Origin: Haplodiscus bocki
Lineage: Eukaryota
Direction of reading: 5' to 3'
Assembly (NCBI GenBank): GCA_965655095.1
Contig: OZ296651.1
Location: 38,378,001-38,442,000 of the forward strand
DNA length: 64,000 nt
In this document: piece by piece, positions 24,890 to 38,329 of the stretch
Position numbering within the stretch: the stretch's first letter is position 1
How the letters are laid out: each line of letters starts with the position of its first letter
Made by a program: the position numbers and the translations under genes
Notes under the pieces: model-generated
The model's input: only the letters and a program-made list of their open reading frames with translations
Database searches by the model: none
What the model was told of the DNA's origin: nothing

Positions 24890-27800
24890 ATCATTCAAAA
24901 CTGAGGATTACACCCCAATTCAAACACGAACCTTCACAGAAAAACTAGAGGTGAAAGAAAAAGCGAAATCCACACGAAGACATCGAATCCTCAACTAGAA
25001 CCTCTAAAGGATTTGATTGGACCGATACGCTACTTACAGAAGCCAAAAAAAACGAGCAATTGAAAACATTTCGGTTGAGTATCATGACATTTTCGCCAGA
25101 CACAGAATGAACATTGATAAAAATACGGAGTTCAAGGTGAAACTCACCCCGGAAGACAACACAGCTGTCTACACCCAAAGCCAGCCAGTGCCAATCTACC
25201 TGGAGGAAGACCTAATCGTTGAATTAGCTCTTATGCACAAATATGGAATCATTACAGTACTGCCCTTTTGCAAGGACGCAAACACCATCTGCACACAGAG
25301 GAAACCCAACAGCAAACTAGGGATTCCTAAGGTCCTTGGGAAAATCAACAGTCCGATTGCAGATGACTACATAAGCAACAACTACACAGTCGGCACTTTG
25401 TCAGACGCAGTACAACACCTGGCAGGGAAGTCTCTTTTCTGCAAGCTTGATTGCTCCCAAGTCTATCACTGTCTGCAGATGGCGGACCAACGGTCTGTGG
25501 AAACGATTCCAATCAATTTTTCTCGCAGAGTCTTTGCCTGCAAAAAACTTGCACAAGTTCTCAACAGATCTGTGTTTGCCTTTTCAAGTTTCATGTGCGA
25601 GTACTTGGACCCAGTTGTCAAAACTGACCAATGTGCTCAATACGTGGACGATTTTGGAATTGCAGCCAACAATGCTACGTACCTTTTACGTAAAATTCGG
25701 ACAATTTTCAAGTGCATTCGCTGAGCATGATAGAAATTGGCGAAAAAAAGGCCATTTTGTAGTCAGAGAAATTCAATTCCTAGGCAGAACCTTCTCACCA
25801 GAAAGAATTTCAACGCAAGCTCGGAAAAATCAAACAACTTCGGCTAACTCAGATTGTCCAGTTCAAAAAGCACCACATCGCTGCTTGTGATTCGTAAATT
25901 ATTACAAAAATTATTTCCCAGGATGGCCAAAGAGCCTAACCCGTTCTAAAAAGTGCTCAAGGCAAAAACGGCGATCAAGGTCATATTAGAGCTCACGGAG
26001 ACTTTTGATTCAATAAACAAAAGAAAGAATGATTCGTTTGAATTAGCATTGGAACAACCCATTCCAGGAAAACAAATTGTTCTGCTGACTGACGCAAGCT
26101 TCAGAGGCGCTGGTGACGCCCTCATGATCGAGATTAACCCTGACAAGAAAACGCAATCAAAGCAAAACATGTTCGCCGCCATGGCATTTGAATTAAAAAT
26201 CTTCTCTCCAGCGCAAATCAAAATGCCCATCTACTCAAAAGAACTTTTGGCAATGTAAATGCCCCTTCTTGAGCTTGCACGCATTCTGTGGGAAGCAACA
26301 ACCTCGACAATCGTCCAGACAGCTAACTGATTAGTCACGCGATTCTTCCAGACGAAAGCAATTCCACCAACCCTGTGGAACACATGTGACTATGTGTTGC
26401 AAGTTACCATCGAAAAAGCGCACATTGCTGGCTCAGTCAATACGCCTGCTGACTTTTTCTCTACACTAGAACTCAAAGTTACGGAGAAGATACGTCTCAA
26501 AATCAAGAAAGACATCCAGAGAACGCCGATTGAGAGCACAACATTTTCCTCGGACGTCGCTGATGAAGACCAATTCATATTCACTGAAGCTGATACTCAG
26601 AACAAATCATAGGTACAGACTCTGCAACGGAGAGATCAATTTCAGCAAGATCCGAGAGAAAAAGTAGCAAACGAGGAACCATCCAAAATGAGAACTAGTG
26701 TGAAAGAATTTACCAAGATCGACTGAAACACTACGTCGTACTCCACAAATGGAATCAAAGCAAATGAACAATTATGAGCGGCGCAAGATGTCAATGTAGT
26801 TCCGAAGGATTCAAAGATCAAAAGACTTAGCCAGCCAAATGACGAAGTAATACTAACAACAAATAGACGATTTAAACACTACACAGCAAATGAGGATCGC
26901 TTTATCATCAAAGATGGACTGTTGTTCAGGAAACATTACAGAGGAATTGGCAGTGTCAAAAACTACCAAATTCTCATCTCCAAGAAATTAGTCGATGAAA
27001 TAATCTGAAGCTGGCACGGAGAATTTGGAAAGTACTTTGGTATTAACACGACAAAAATTGCCTACGGGAGCAAGTATTATTATCTAAACAAGGCGCAGTC
27101 GAACCGAGAATGGGTCATGTCATGTGAGCAGTGCATGAGAGAACAACGGTTTGATCACAGAATCACCAAGTTTTTCCTGCGAAAGCCTAGCTGACAAATA
27201 ACAGCACCCGAAGACGCCATGCAAATTCGTTTAGTTCCGGAATTACATCGGTCGGGTGGCTATCAGGGTATGGTGACAGTCTTGGACGTGTTTTTTAGTT
27301 ATTTATTATATCCTACCTCACACCTACCTAAGACACCAAAGCAAATGCCAAAATTAAAAAAATCACAAAAAACTGAGCACGCCTACTCACCGACGACAAT
27401 CATTTCCAACAAAGGATAAGCCTTTATGTCTCACGTAATTAAACAAGTGGCTGGCGTCCCATGCGATTACTCTAGAGTCGCTGGAACAAAGCGCGCAAAG
27501 ACCATTGGGTTACTTGAACGCTCACGCGCGTTAATAAAACAATCATTGAGGATTGATACAAGTGAGCGAAGATCATTGTGCAACAAATACGTAAGCATTG
27601 CAGTCGTGAATTGCAACACATCTTATCATTCAAGTATTAGCTGTGAATTAAGCAGACTGTTTCTTGGATACAATCCCAAAAATGTCCTCGACTTGAAAAG
27701 AAACATTCGTCCGCAGAAAGTACCCGCACCAAATTCACAAAATGCCCCGGAGATTCTAGAAAAGACAGAAAGGATTTACCAAGGCGTTCGCAAAAATACC

Positions 27801-28460
27801 ATGCAAGCTCACATCGAATGCAGAGCTTATCACGACAAGAAGATTAATACTTCGAAACTGAAAGAATCAGATTATGTGCATGTTTTACAGCTTAAAGAAG
27901 ATCCTCAAGGAAGCAAACTTCTTCAAACAGAATATCTGTAGATTGGGCCCTCTATTTTTGAAATAGTTATCGAATAACAGTTTTTTGGTACGAGAAATTG
28001 GGACAAACACGACTCATATGCTTGATCGCATGAGACTTTGCTATATGACACCATGACAACTCATACCCAAGGTACAAATCAGGCCATGGGCATGGAAATT
28101 TGGCCCGGAAGGGATCATTAAACATAAGTTCTACGCCAGAGCATGGGAGTGTGAGTACGAAAACCCAGTTTTCGAAATGGATCGCCATAAGGCGGTAACA
28201 CCTAACTCACCCGAAATTGCACTATGATCCAATTCACCAACCAATTAGAAGTGTAGCAAACAAGGAACTCCACGAGAAGGTTCCGCAGAAAGTTTCGCCC
28301 AACAGACGCTTGGTGTGACGGAACGGATACGTATTCCCCCACGGAACTACCTGCGGAATAGGTTTCGGAACAACCCAGTACTACTCCTACGAACCCGGCA
28401 GTACGAAATACGATAAACTTCACAATCCGAAGCCTATCTGTAATGACGATCACACTTTTT
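24890..28460 (+). pseudogene. pol: pol: reverse transcriptase, RNase H and integrase (multiple stops and frameshifts)
   Basis: RT motifs KLDCSQVYH and QYVDDFGI. RNase H motifs LLTDASF.GAG and YSKELLA. Integrase zinc-finger remnants (HGEFGK..CEQC) and core (MQI.LVPEL..SGGY..VLDVF, TIIS.KG..F, TIGLLERS). Confidence 0.92.
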
Positions 28461-28793
28461 AAACTCTCTACATACATTAGTGTGTTCTACAGAATGCATA
28501 CGTACACTTTCCAGGAATCCAACGAACGTGTTACGGAACACGTACGCAGCAACTCAAATCTCTTCCTATTTAGTTTTTTAGATACTCTCTGGTGACCAAA
28601 TTACTTACTACTGTGTCCTACCAATTTTAAAAACACGGTCACTAAAAGAAAAAATTCACATCTATAGACAGACCGGATTCAGACTATTCTACAAATTTGT
28701 TCTCGTTCAACTAAAACTTTATGAACAATGAGTGAACAGATTCAAATAAATGCACATGGAAGCAGTTTAGCAAAATCCAACGGAAAAACGGCT

Positions 28794-31700
28794 TCAAAAT
28801 GGCAGTTCCCCTTGGAAAACGGGCGCGGCTTTTCGATCCCGCCCACTTCGTCGTGTTTTTCCGAGGGATTGCTGGAGGTGCAATGCTTCACTGAAACCTG
28901 AATCCTTAAGTACAATTCCCTTGCGGGGAGTCTCAGGAGGGCTTACAACTCCGACGTGCCTAAGGAGCTTCACTAGCCTTCGGCTTTTCTTCCTCTCCTT
29001 TGATTTTCCTGAGGAGCCACGTAAATTGTTGGGTCTGGGAGTACTAGCAGAGGGAGGACTGACAGGGATGTACTCAACACGCCTTTCTTTAACTATGGAA
29101 GATATCCCCGCCGCTGACCAAGAAGTTGAGCCCTCTGATACCACCAGCCGCATACCATTGCTCTCGTGTATCTTTGATCGCCCGTAGGTGACCAACGGCC
29201 AGATCACGACATGCACACACTTCTGCAAGCACTTGAGAGCGCGACTGAGTCCCAACGTGGATCCAGTGTTCAAACACAGCACTGTTCGGTTTCATGTTGA
29301 ATGTGGCCGCAAACTCTGTTAACTTTGCCACACCGGAGTTGGATAGGAAATTTCGCTGCGTGATGTGCGTGCTCCTGATGAAATCCTGCCAGCAAAGCAG
29401 GGCACCACGCACTCCATGCTCAGCTATCATCACTCAGTCCAGAAAAATGGAGAACTTCTCATCCAAAATCACTGGCAGATGAAGAATCAGAGCTGTAAGT
29501 TGAAACACTTGCAACAAAAGAAAAATAACAACGCCCTACATCGTAGGTCACGACACATACCTTAACCAAATGCTGGAGAGCACGGAAACCAAACTGCAGA
29601 GAGCAAAACGCCAGTGCATTCCCCAAAATCAGGGCGGCTCCTCATGCACGACCGCTCCAGTTGGCACTGTTCCTGCACGAAAGACTGGTTTCCAGTCCAG
29701 CACGCCTCCACCTCACTGCTTCGCAACCACCACCTCCCGAAGTACGTCTAGTTGCAGACCAAACAACAGAAGCGGCGCGTGGTTCTCTCCACCAACCAAT
29801 GTAACAGGCGGAAAACAACTAAATCCCTGTCCGATGTTGAATCGTGCTGCTACGATGGAGAGAACAGAGTTCGTAAACTCCTCCAAAAACTGCCGAGCCG
29901 TGTGCCGAAAATCCTTCTTCAGATAATGGTTCCCAATTTTGATGAGAGCTACTAACACGCGTGTACCGGCAAAAAAGTCCTCTTCCTCTATGGCAGGAAA
30001 TCGGGAGCGATTCGTGGTGACGTACTCCGCCCACTGCTCCACCAGCGGCAACGGAAACCTTTTATTAATCTTCTGCGGAAGACAGTAGGCGAATCTTGCC
30101 AACTCGCCAAAATCGTGGTAGGTGTAACCATTTGATGTCCGGAATGCACGAAACTGTTGCCTGCTGAAACAACAACATAAATCACAAGCATGGAAACAAC
30201 GCCACTTTTACACAAAAGTAACCAATTGTGTGAATTAGGATGAATAGTAGACAGGAAACCTATGAAAAAAAATACTAGTTCGTTCCTAGGACTTTTCTGG
30301 AACCGATCCGCAGCCAGTGCGTCACCAAACTACTGTGATGAAGAACATGACAGTATACTGACAGCTTTCAAGGAAGAGATCACACAACTTGACTTTCATC
30401 CGCGCAAGTTGATCGTGATACAAATAACTGCCCACCCAATTTTTCTAAGCAACAAAACTGCAATGAATACAAAACGAAAGCCGCAATTGAGATTACACAA
30501 AACAGAAAATCTCATCACGCAACTATCCCTATCAACTTTTTGTCCAGTTTCCTTCAATTATGACACCACCTGCGGCCACGCTACAACCATTTTTGAAGCA
30601 AAGTCCACTAGGCTTGGCACTGAAAGTTCGTTGGTATACTGGCTCCTCGAAGTTCAGGGCAAGAGGCCCTACAGTCGCGAGTCTCGGCACACTTCAAACA
30701 TTTGATTACGAACCCTGTCACTTAGAGCAGGTCAAGGCTCCCAAACACAGATGCAGCCGTCCACTGGAGGCAACGCTTGAACAGCCGGAGATCCAATACC
30801 GGGTATTCCACGAATTTGGCATGTTACCCATTGCCCAAGTAATAGGCAAAAATTTTTGGGAGTAGGTGTGGCCCGCCAAGAATGGGAAAGATGGTGACGT
30901 CAGGGCCCAGAGCATCAATAATTTCCCCCAATAGAGTATCGTCAGAAGTGGTGTTGCTACTAGATTGACTTAGTACAACAATACAAACGCGACGAAATGT
31001 GGACCTCTCCCACGTCCACACAAACATTAAAATCTTAGACCAACGCTCCTCAAACTCTACACTTCATGTCTTGTGAGCTCTGATCCTTCCATAACCCCGA
31101 GAAAGAATGCGGGAGTACATCCCATTCAAAACAACAGACTAAAACATAACGCCAATAAGATAATGCATACAGATACGTTGAAACATGGAACAAGGAAACT
31201 AACAGCCAGCATCTCTTTGCGGAACCATGTAACATCAATTTTAATTGGACCGGCAGTCAGGGTGAACTATGACCATTGTTGTTATACACGTTCGTTAGGG
31301 CTGCCCAATCGTAATACTTCGATTAAGGACAACACCTTTCGACGTACTGGCATTGTGGCATCCGGGGTCCCAGAATCATCAACAATGAGATCCTCGGCAA
31401 ACGGATACTCTCTTTTTTTAATTGCCAGAAGATCTCGGAGAATGCGCTCACGTTGTCGCTGTAAATCGTCATTGCTGAAACGGTTTCCCTCAAAACCCAG
31501 TACACGCCAGCCAGGTGTCTCGAGTCTGAGTCGCTGGTCTCGCGGAAAATATTTGACATCTTCGAAAAGCTTCAAAAAATCATGGGCGCCGTATTTCAAC
31601 ACGTACACGTCTTTTTTGGGCAGATGCGACAAATAAAGTGGTTGGGTTTACCAACTACATATGTAGCACTGGTAACAAGAAACAGACTCACTTCCTCTGC

Positions 31701-33041
31701 TCCACAATTTCTTCGTCTTTTACGTCCGTTTTGCACGTACTCGCAGACGGGGCTGGCTGGCTTCGGACTTTTCTCCGCTGGTGTCACTGGCGTCCGGAAC
31801 ATGGGGACCACAAGGTGTAATACCCTGTCCCAATTGACTAAAAAAGGCATCAAACTCTGTGAACAGAAAAAATACAGTGAGGAGAGGAAAGACGCGAAAT
31901 CCTAGAACATGTAGCAAAATTACTTACTTCCCATCAGGGGCTCAGATTTTTGTGCCTTCTCCTCTGCACAAAAAAAGCGACACAGCGTCAACCACTGATG
32001 TGCCTAGTGACGTTGAATGGAGCATTAGCAGGTGCCAAGGAAAAATGGTCTACAAGGAAAAGTCAACAGAAGGAGGAACCGCCAGGGAACCGAACTCAAA
32101 GTGTCTCCATTTGAAATATTCATTACAATGGTCGAACGCCTGCTCGAGCAACTCTTGACTTCAATCGCGGCTCCCATATTCAACTGGACCTGGCTTGAGA
32201 TCAGACAGTGGCACAAAACGTCGCACGATCAGGGCGCCTTTCCATCGTCTTTTGTTCCTCAGCTCCGCCTCTGTTGACACATCATCAGCTCCGTAGAAAC
32301 GTGAAATTGCATCTGCTGGACCTGCAAAATGGGAAAAACAACCGATAAAAACCTGTCCCAATTTTGCTGATGCAAGCACAACAATGCTACGAACTCGACG
32401 GAATTTCCTTAATAGCAACAGTAATGCCGCCGAAATCCTCTTCTCCAGATGTAGCGCAGCCAACCACAAACTCCGATCCGGAACTGGTCGGAACATCACA
32501 AGGTACAACTCCAAGACGAGCAGCAGGCTCTCTGGAAGAAGCAAATACAAAAACACAACAAATTCATGATGCCATCTTCATTTATGAGTAGAAGCTTCAC
32601 CCTAGCTAATGGAAAAATGGATGGCCACTCAATTACTCCTACAATGGAAGCTTACGGAGATGAAAAAAGAAGACTAACCCAATGGCAACTCAACCGTGTC
32701 GACTACACTCTCCATCAGAATCTTTAACAGCAAATTTGCACACTGCAGGATGTCAGTAAACGTGAATCTCTTTGATTTACCTACACTTTTTCTCTCTATG
32801 CTGGCCATGATGTCAACAAAACTGGCTTCTCCTTTGCTGGCTTCTTCTGCTCTGCGGTCAGCATGACTGGCAACCCCCACCACAATTTTCTCCAGTGCTC
32901 TCCTCGCACATTTTTTCCGTCTCTAGCAGCCACACTCAAATCGCGGACAACAGGGGGACTGGGGAGCAAACTTCTTGCTGCAGCGTCCTCTTCAATCGCC
33001 AGTTCTCTTTCTTCAGTACCTGCTTCTTCACATGAACTCAT
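28794..33041 (-). pseudogene. Antisense multi-exon accessory gene inside the LTR element; zinc finger plus hAT-transposase-like body (decayed)
   Basis: A chain of minus-strand protein-like frames is separated by short AT-rich GT..AG introns (31927-31857, 31203-31139, 32678-32639; 29560-29509 has a degenerate acceptor). A CRIC..KDV.V..G..D...F zinc-finger-like motif lies near 31630. Confidence 0.65.
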
Positions 33042-33422
33042 TTCCGCCCAACACTGAATGCGGTAGCTATTACATGACGGATTTAAATCTTCATTTCTTG
33101 AAACATTCTATTTCTTTTTTTCAAGTTTGACTAAATTGTCTGCCAGCGATGACGTCGGCATGTATTGCCAAGGACACATTGAGGAACAGTACTCAAGTGT
33201 TACTCAATTTTATGTTATCCATTTTTCAAATTAGTTTACACTTCGTCAATTTCAACTTTTACTTCTTATTACATAACCTCATCAACTCTAACCGGTAACA
33301 CGGGAGCAACAAAAGAAATCCCACTTGATGAAAGTGAATCAATATTCCCCGCAATAATCATACACTTTTCTAAGTTACTCTTCACGAATCAGTATATATT
33401 CACAGTTCTTCATAATACCGAC

Positions 33423-34094
33423 ATGGTTCGACCACTTACTCCTGACTCAAGCAACTCAGACGTTTTCTGTGCGGAACAGTCATCGGGAGAACCGAGGTCG
33501 GGAAAACGCCCAGGCAGAAAACCCCGAATTCCTCAACTCAACGGAATTATCCAGAGTCCATGCCAGAAGGATGGTTACCATATCATCCGTCAGTTCCCCG
33601 GAGTCAAAAGTGGTCCTATTTGAATTCGACTCAAAGGAGCTGACATTTTTTCATACGCTTATGGAAGGGACGAACCCTATGGTACCGCCCAATCTCAATG
33701 ATTCAAAGCTGCCACATAACCCATTTAACCTCCTGGCTACAATGGCGATGGTACAGCCGACAGCATAACGGTGTCACAAACATCACGGCCCCCAATCATC
33801 GGAGCCATCAGACCCGTCTCTAATCTCGACAGGCCGATGACTGTTAGCACAATTGAAGACTGGGAGACTTCTTCGGATGCCGGAACTTCCGATTCGGAGG
33901 ACGAGCTCCAAAAAGTTTATCTCCTTTCCAGTTCCTCCCCTCCGCCGCCACCTGGAAAACAAAAGAGGAAATTCGGCGTGGTGATGTCTTTTTCAAGAAG
34001 AAGGGATTGTCACAGCACGTCTGTGAAGCCTCCGGACAAAACTCTCGTAAGTAAAAGACACCCCATGCCTTTCCGCATACTAAAATTAGACTAA
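33423..34094 (+). pseudogene. Sense accessory ORF (Ser/Pro/acidic-rich, frameshifted) overlapping the PPT and the start of the 3' LTR
   Basis: Overlapping frames 33423-33623, 33469-33768 and 33771-34094 (MVRPLTPDS..PHNPFNLLATMAMV..STIEDWETSS..SPPPPP.K.KRK). No homologue recognised. Confidence 0.45.
33995..34006 (+). promoter_or_regulatory. Polypurine tract
   Basis: AAGAAGAAGGGA ends one base before the TG of the 3' LTR. Confidence 0.8.
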
Positions 34095-35687
34095 AGATTT
34101 TCCTATGTTTTTCATGTAACTAATAAGCGCTGATTACCTACTATTTCAATTCAACGTTTTCTATTGTTTATACATAGTGTGTACGTAACATTCCTTACAA
34201 TTGTTTTCGTGTAAATTGGCACGTAGCGTATACTTGCAATTCCTGTGTTTTGGAGCAGATAGGGACGGAACCGTTACGGGAGAAACGGATATTCAAATAT
34301 TGTCCTAATTGCCTAATTATGTTTTTAAGGTGTGCTGTAAGTAAAACTTTTCTATGTATTTTTTAATATAAACCCACCAATTGATGAACAAGTGCAGTAA
34401 CTAAAAAAAATTGAGAAAGTCAATGAGTTTGCATAAAGCGATGCAATAAAAGGAGCGTGATTTTAAAACAGAATATTTGTTCCGTATGTGTTCCGTCGTC
34501 GTCAATCTGGTGACGTCACTAGAATTTAATCCAACCCGCTCTGCCACTTCGCTGTGTCAATTTGGTGAAACACGGAATGACTCCGTAGCCACTCAATTCC
34601 TTCTTCTCAACAGCACTGCGACGAGCACTGCGCTGGCTAAGTAGTTGTTCGTGAACGCCTTCGCCAAAATGAAAAACCAGTTAGTAAAAACAAAAAATGA
34701 GCTAGGAACAGTCTTGGTTGTAGTCCAAAAACAAAATTAAACGACGAACAGTGAAGTCATGTATATTTGTAACATGTAATCATGAATGTATAGTTTTAGT
34801 TTTTTCATTTATCATGAAGATATTTACTAATCTTTTGCTATTACGGAAGACCTCCTGATCTTGTTGTATTTTGTAATATTATTCATTGTGTCGTCGTGGG
34901 AACAAACACCTTGATGTCCGTATCTGAATGGTTAAATCCGTGCATATTCCATCGAAATGGAAAGGACGCGGCCTGTGAGGGAAGAATTGGATGGTAATAT
35001 GTTTATTTCCCGCCAGATTCACCATTTTTCTTCTGTACACTTTATGATTGAAGTACTTTTCTCTATTTTTACCGTGAAATGGCGTGTAAACAATTATGTT
35101 TCCTCACAAAAAAGGGATAAATTGGAGAAACAAAAGTACAAAGGGATCATTATTGTTCTTATTTGTTGCTCTGATTAACACTTTGTGTTTAGGTTAACTG
35201 TTCGTGACTGAAGCTAGTTCTTCGTTATTTGTTGTACCCAAAATTTTAATTTGGAGTGGAAAAACTTTCTTCAGTCTTCACCACTGTCAGTTAATTTCAT
35301 TGGCAACACTGAGAAATAAGACAAAACTTGCAGCCCTTAATAAAGAGATTTGTGAGGAAAATCCCATGAGCAACCTGGCACAAAACACATGTATTGCCAA
35401 ATCAGAAGAAGATTATATTATTCAAGTCTCCATGGAGATAGAGGGTAAAATAACCAAAAAGCTGTCCAAGGAGTTCAGTAGGACAGAGAGCCGCATTCTA
35501 GATGATCTTTCCCGAATTGATGCGTTTCTTCTGAGCCCACTACTCCAAGGTCACTCCGGATTTTCTCCGGAAACATCCCAAAACGCGCCTAACGTAATTC
35601 AAGCAACACATGATGACGACTGCCAAGTTGATGCTCATCCTCAGAGTTAAACAACACAAAAAATTAGCCCCGACGACTCTTATGACA
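34008..35687 (+). repeat. 3' LTR (1680 bp)
   Basis: Runs TGTCACAGCA..GACTCTTATGACA. It is preceded by the PPT and followed by the TSD. Confidence 0.88.
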
Positions 35688-36726
35688 GGTATGTATAGAG
35701 TTTTTCTATAAAATGGAATTGGTGAGAATTGCAATTGTTAAATCTGAATTCAGAAATTGCGTTTCTCAGAGCCCGTTTTCCTCACCAATTAAAACTGGTT
35801 TTTGTACCAAAATGTATCAGTGTCTTCAAGATTGTCAGTGGAGTTTTTTGATTGAAAAAATTTGCCGAAAAACAATTTTTTAAGTCGATCAAAAATAGAA
35901 AAAACCGCCAATTTGAGTCAATATTGTTCGAAATTGGCTATTCGTAACTTTTGGCAATGTTCACCGTAGACGTTTCAAGCAAAAACTATTGTAAACTAGA
36001 TAAAAACTTGAGCAAGTTTTTGTCAAGGAATTTTTCGAAAATCCTAATGATTTCGGTGATGTTCGAGTTTTAGATTGGTGCTCATGCGTTTTTATTCAAC
36101 ACTTCTTAGTCTTAGTCTGAATATTCAATAGCCACAGTTCCAAATCCTCCGCACCAATTTAGAAACAATAAGTAAAAAAACCCAGCCGGTCACTATTTAC
36201 CGTTGAATGGTAAATAGGAGTTGACTATGTCCACTATTTTCAAGTCTACCAGCAAGTCACTGTACTAACCGTTAGTAAATTCCCAAAAGACGTAAGACCA
36301 GTGAATTTAAGATTCAAAAAAGTCACTAATCATAAAAGTTCAATCTCGTACAGACGAAATTTTCTGACAAAATGTAAAAGAACTGGATCAAATTTTTGTA
36401 CTTTCTGTCGGTTAAGTCGTTATATTATAGTCAGCGGACGTTTTTACGAACAACAAATTGCTACTAATGGCGGCAAGTGAGTATCTCCGAGCGTTGCATG
36501 GGCACACATACCGGCCGTCGAGCGGTCGGAATAGACAATGTCGATGTGCCCAAGATAATGGTTTCGATGTAGATAGTATTGCAAGCCCCTTTGACGCTGC
36601 TGTTAGCCCACAGGTACCCATTATGGATGATCGTCATTGATAACTTTATGTTTAGTGATAATCTTTTCTCAATTATTTTTGGATGTATTATGTCATTTGG
36701 TACAAAATCAGTTGATACGTTAACAA

Positions 36727-36926
36727 NNNNNNNNNNNNNNNNNNNNNNNNNNNNNNNNNNNNNNNNNNNNNNNNNNNNNNNNNNNNNNNNNNNNNNNNNN
36801 NNNNNNNNNNNNNNNNNNNNNNNNNNNNNNNNNNNNNNNNNNNNNNNNNNNNNNNNNNNNNNNNNNNNNNNNNNNNNNNNNNNNNNNNNNNNNNNNNNNN
36901 NNNNNNNNNNNNNNNNNNNNNNNNNN
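36727..36926. other. Assembly gap (200 N)
   Basis: A run of exactly 200 N, probably a fixed-size scaffolding gap. Confidence 0.99.
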
Positions 36927-38329
36927 TGGATTACTAGATGAATACCTGTTTGCTCCTTAACCTTTCCGTCCCAATTTGGATCAGTACACGGGGGTGATAC
37001 TTATATAAAACGGATCAGTTGCATCAAATGAAATTAATACATACTTGAAACATAAAGTTCATTGTTTTCATTTAGTTTTCGTTAGTCATTTGATGATCTG
37101 GGGATGTTACTTTTTTCTGGCTGCTCTTTTGCTGCGACAAATACAGAACGTCCAGTGGTCTCATGAATCAGACCAAGGTTGACTGCATTAAACTTACAAA
37201 TACCTCACATCGTAGCAGTGTCGCCTGAAATGATGAACCCAGCTACACAGAAAATTCAAAATAGTAGGTTCAGTTAAAGCGAAAAAGACAGCTGCAATAA
37301 CGTCTTATTCAGAAATAAAACGACAGCGGTCACCAAACCAACGATCCTGCATCGAAAAACTGCACTCTAATATCATAACTCAAGACACTAGTGAATGATG
37401 CGAAATCACTAAATGATTAGTAATATTTCCTCCCATGACTTTGTATTTTATTGGACCAATGAATCATCGTACCACTGAACAGTTTACAGTAAAGTTGCTA
37501 TCTCTGCCAACCTTCTGTTCTCTTCATAAAGGTGATTATAAAGATATTTGATTGCTTATTTTGGTAAAGATTTCAAAAGGAAAGGGATCCCAATAATTAT
37601 TGAAGTCCCTATTTAACAGGAATTATTAGAATAAATAATGTTGATTGTTTTATTGAAAACAGTTACAATTTTAATCCTCTTCGCGGGTGGAATTATTTTT
37701 CTTACAGCTAAATGATGACGTGGACAGCCGACTGACGTCAAACAAGAAGCTAACCACCACTCAACCACTGCGAATGGCCATGGTGACGTCGACACTTCCG
37801 TGTAAAGTCAAACCACCTACATTCTGGTCCGCCAGCTGGAGTCACATTTGCCCTTGCCATCATCACCAGCTCTCAGACTAAATTCCACCATTTGATTACT
37901 AGCAACTACTCACTGCAGCATGAGTTGGCTTCTCAGCTCAGCCTAATAATGCTGCTGATGAAGTTCCGCGAATTTCGCATTCCCTGTACGGGTACTAAAC
38001 GGCGAACTTCCACGTTGCTGTAATCACAGAAGATGAAAAGCAATCTCAAGCACCAAAAACGCGTCCGAAACTCTTCTCCGCTTAAAAAAACAGGAGGGGA
38101 GCTATCCGGTTGAGAATGTGTCAAAAGTTTTGAATTTGTTGACATCATAATTTTTACCCTGACAATGACACGAGATGCAAACCATGATGCAAATGTTCTG
38201 GTCGTAAACCGTTCCTTATTGACATTTCATCACGAAAAAATATTGCTTCTGTAAAGTCAAAGTGAAAGTCCTTGTGGTAGTAGGAGTTTTCCTCGGGGAC
38301 GATTTATCCATGGAAATTGCTGATTATAT

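Larger units (their letters stand above)
20320..35687 (+). mobile_element. Full-length degenerate Ty3/Gypsy LTR retrotransposon (15.4 kb) with accessory genes
   Basis: Two homologous LTRs bounded by TGTCA..TGACA. Flanks GTTAT (20315-19) and GGTAT (35688-92) form a 5-bp TSD with 1 mismatch. PBS and PPT are present, and the domain order is gag-PR-RT-RH-IN. Confidence 0.92.

Noticed and set aside
28794-33041. env gene in the post-integrase position
   Set aside because: Wrong strand, contains introns, and no evident signal peptide, furin site or transmembrane anchor.
20270-35860. Flanks of the LTR element forming an inverted-repeat MITE (20270-20315 versus 35795-35850)
   Set aside because: The similarity is short and weak and cannot be supported without alignment statistics.
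36412-36941. GC-richer ORFs next to the gap
   Set aside because: Short, with no recognisable motif; one is open only because of Ns.
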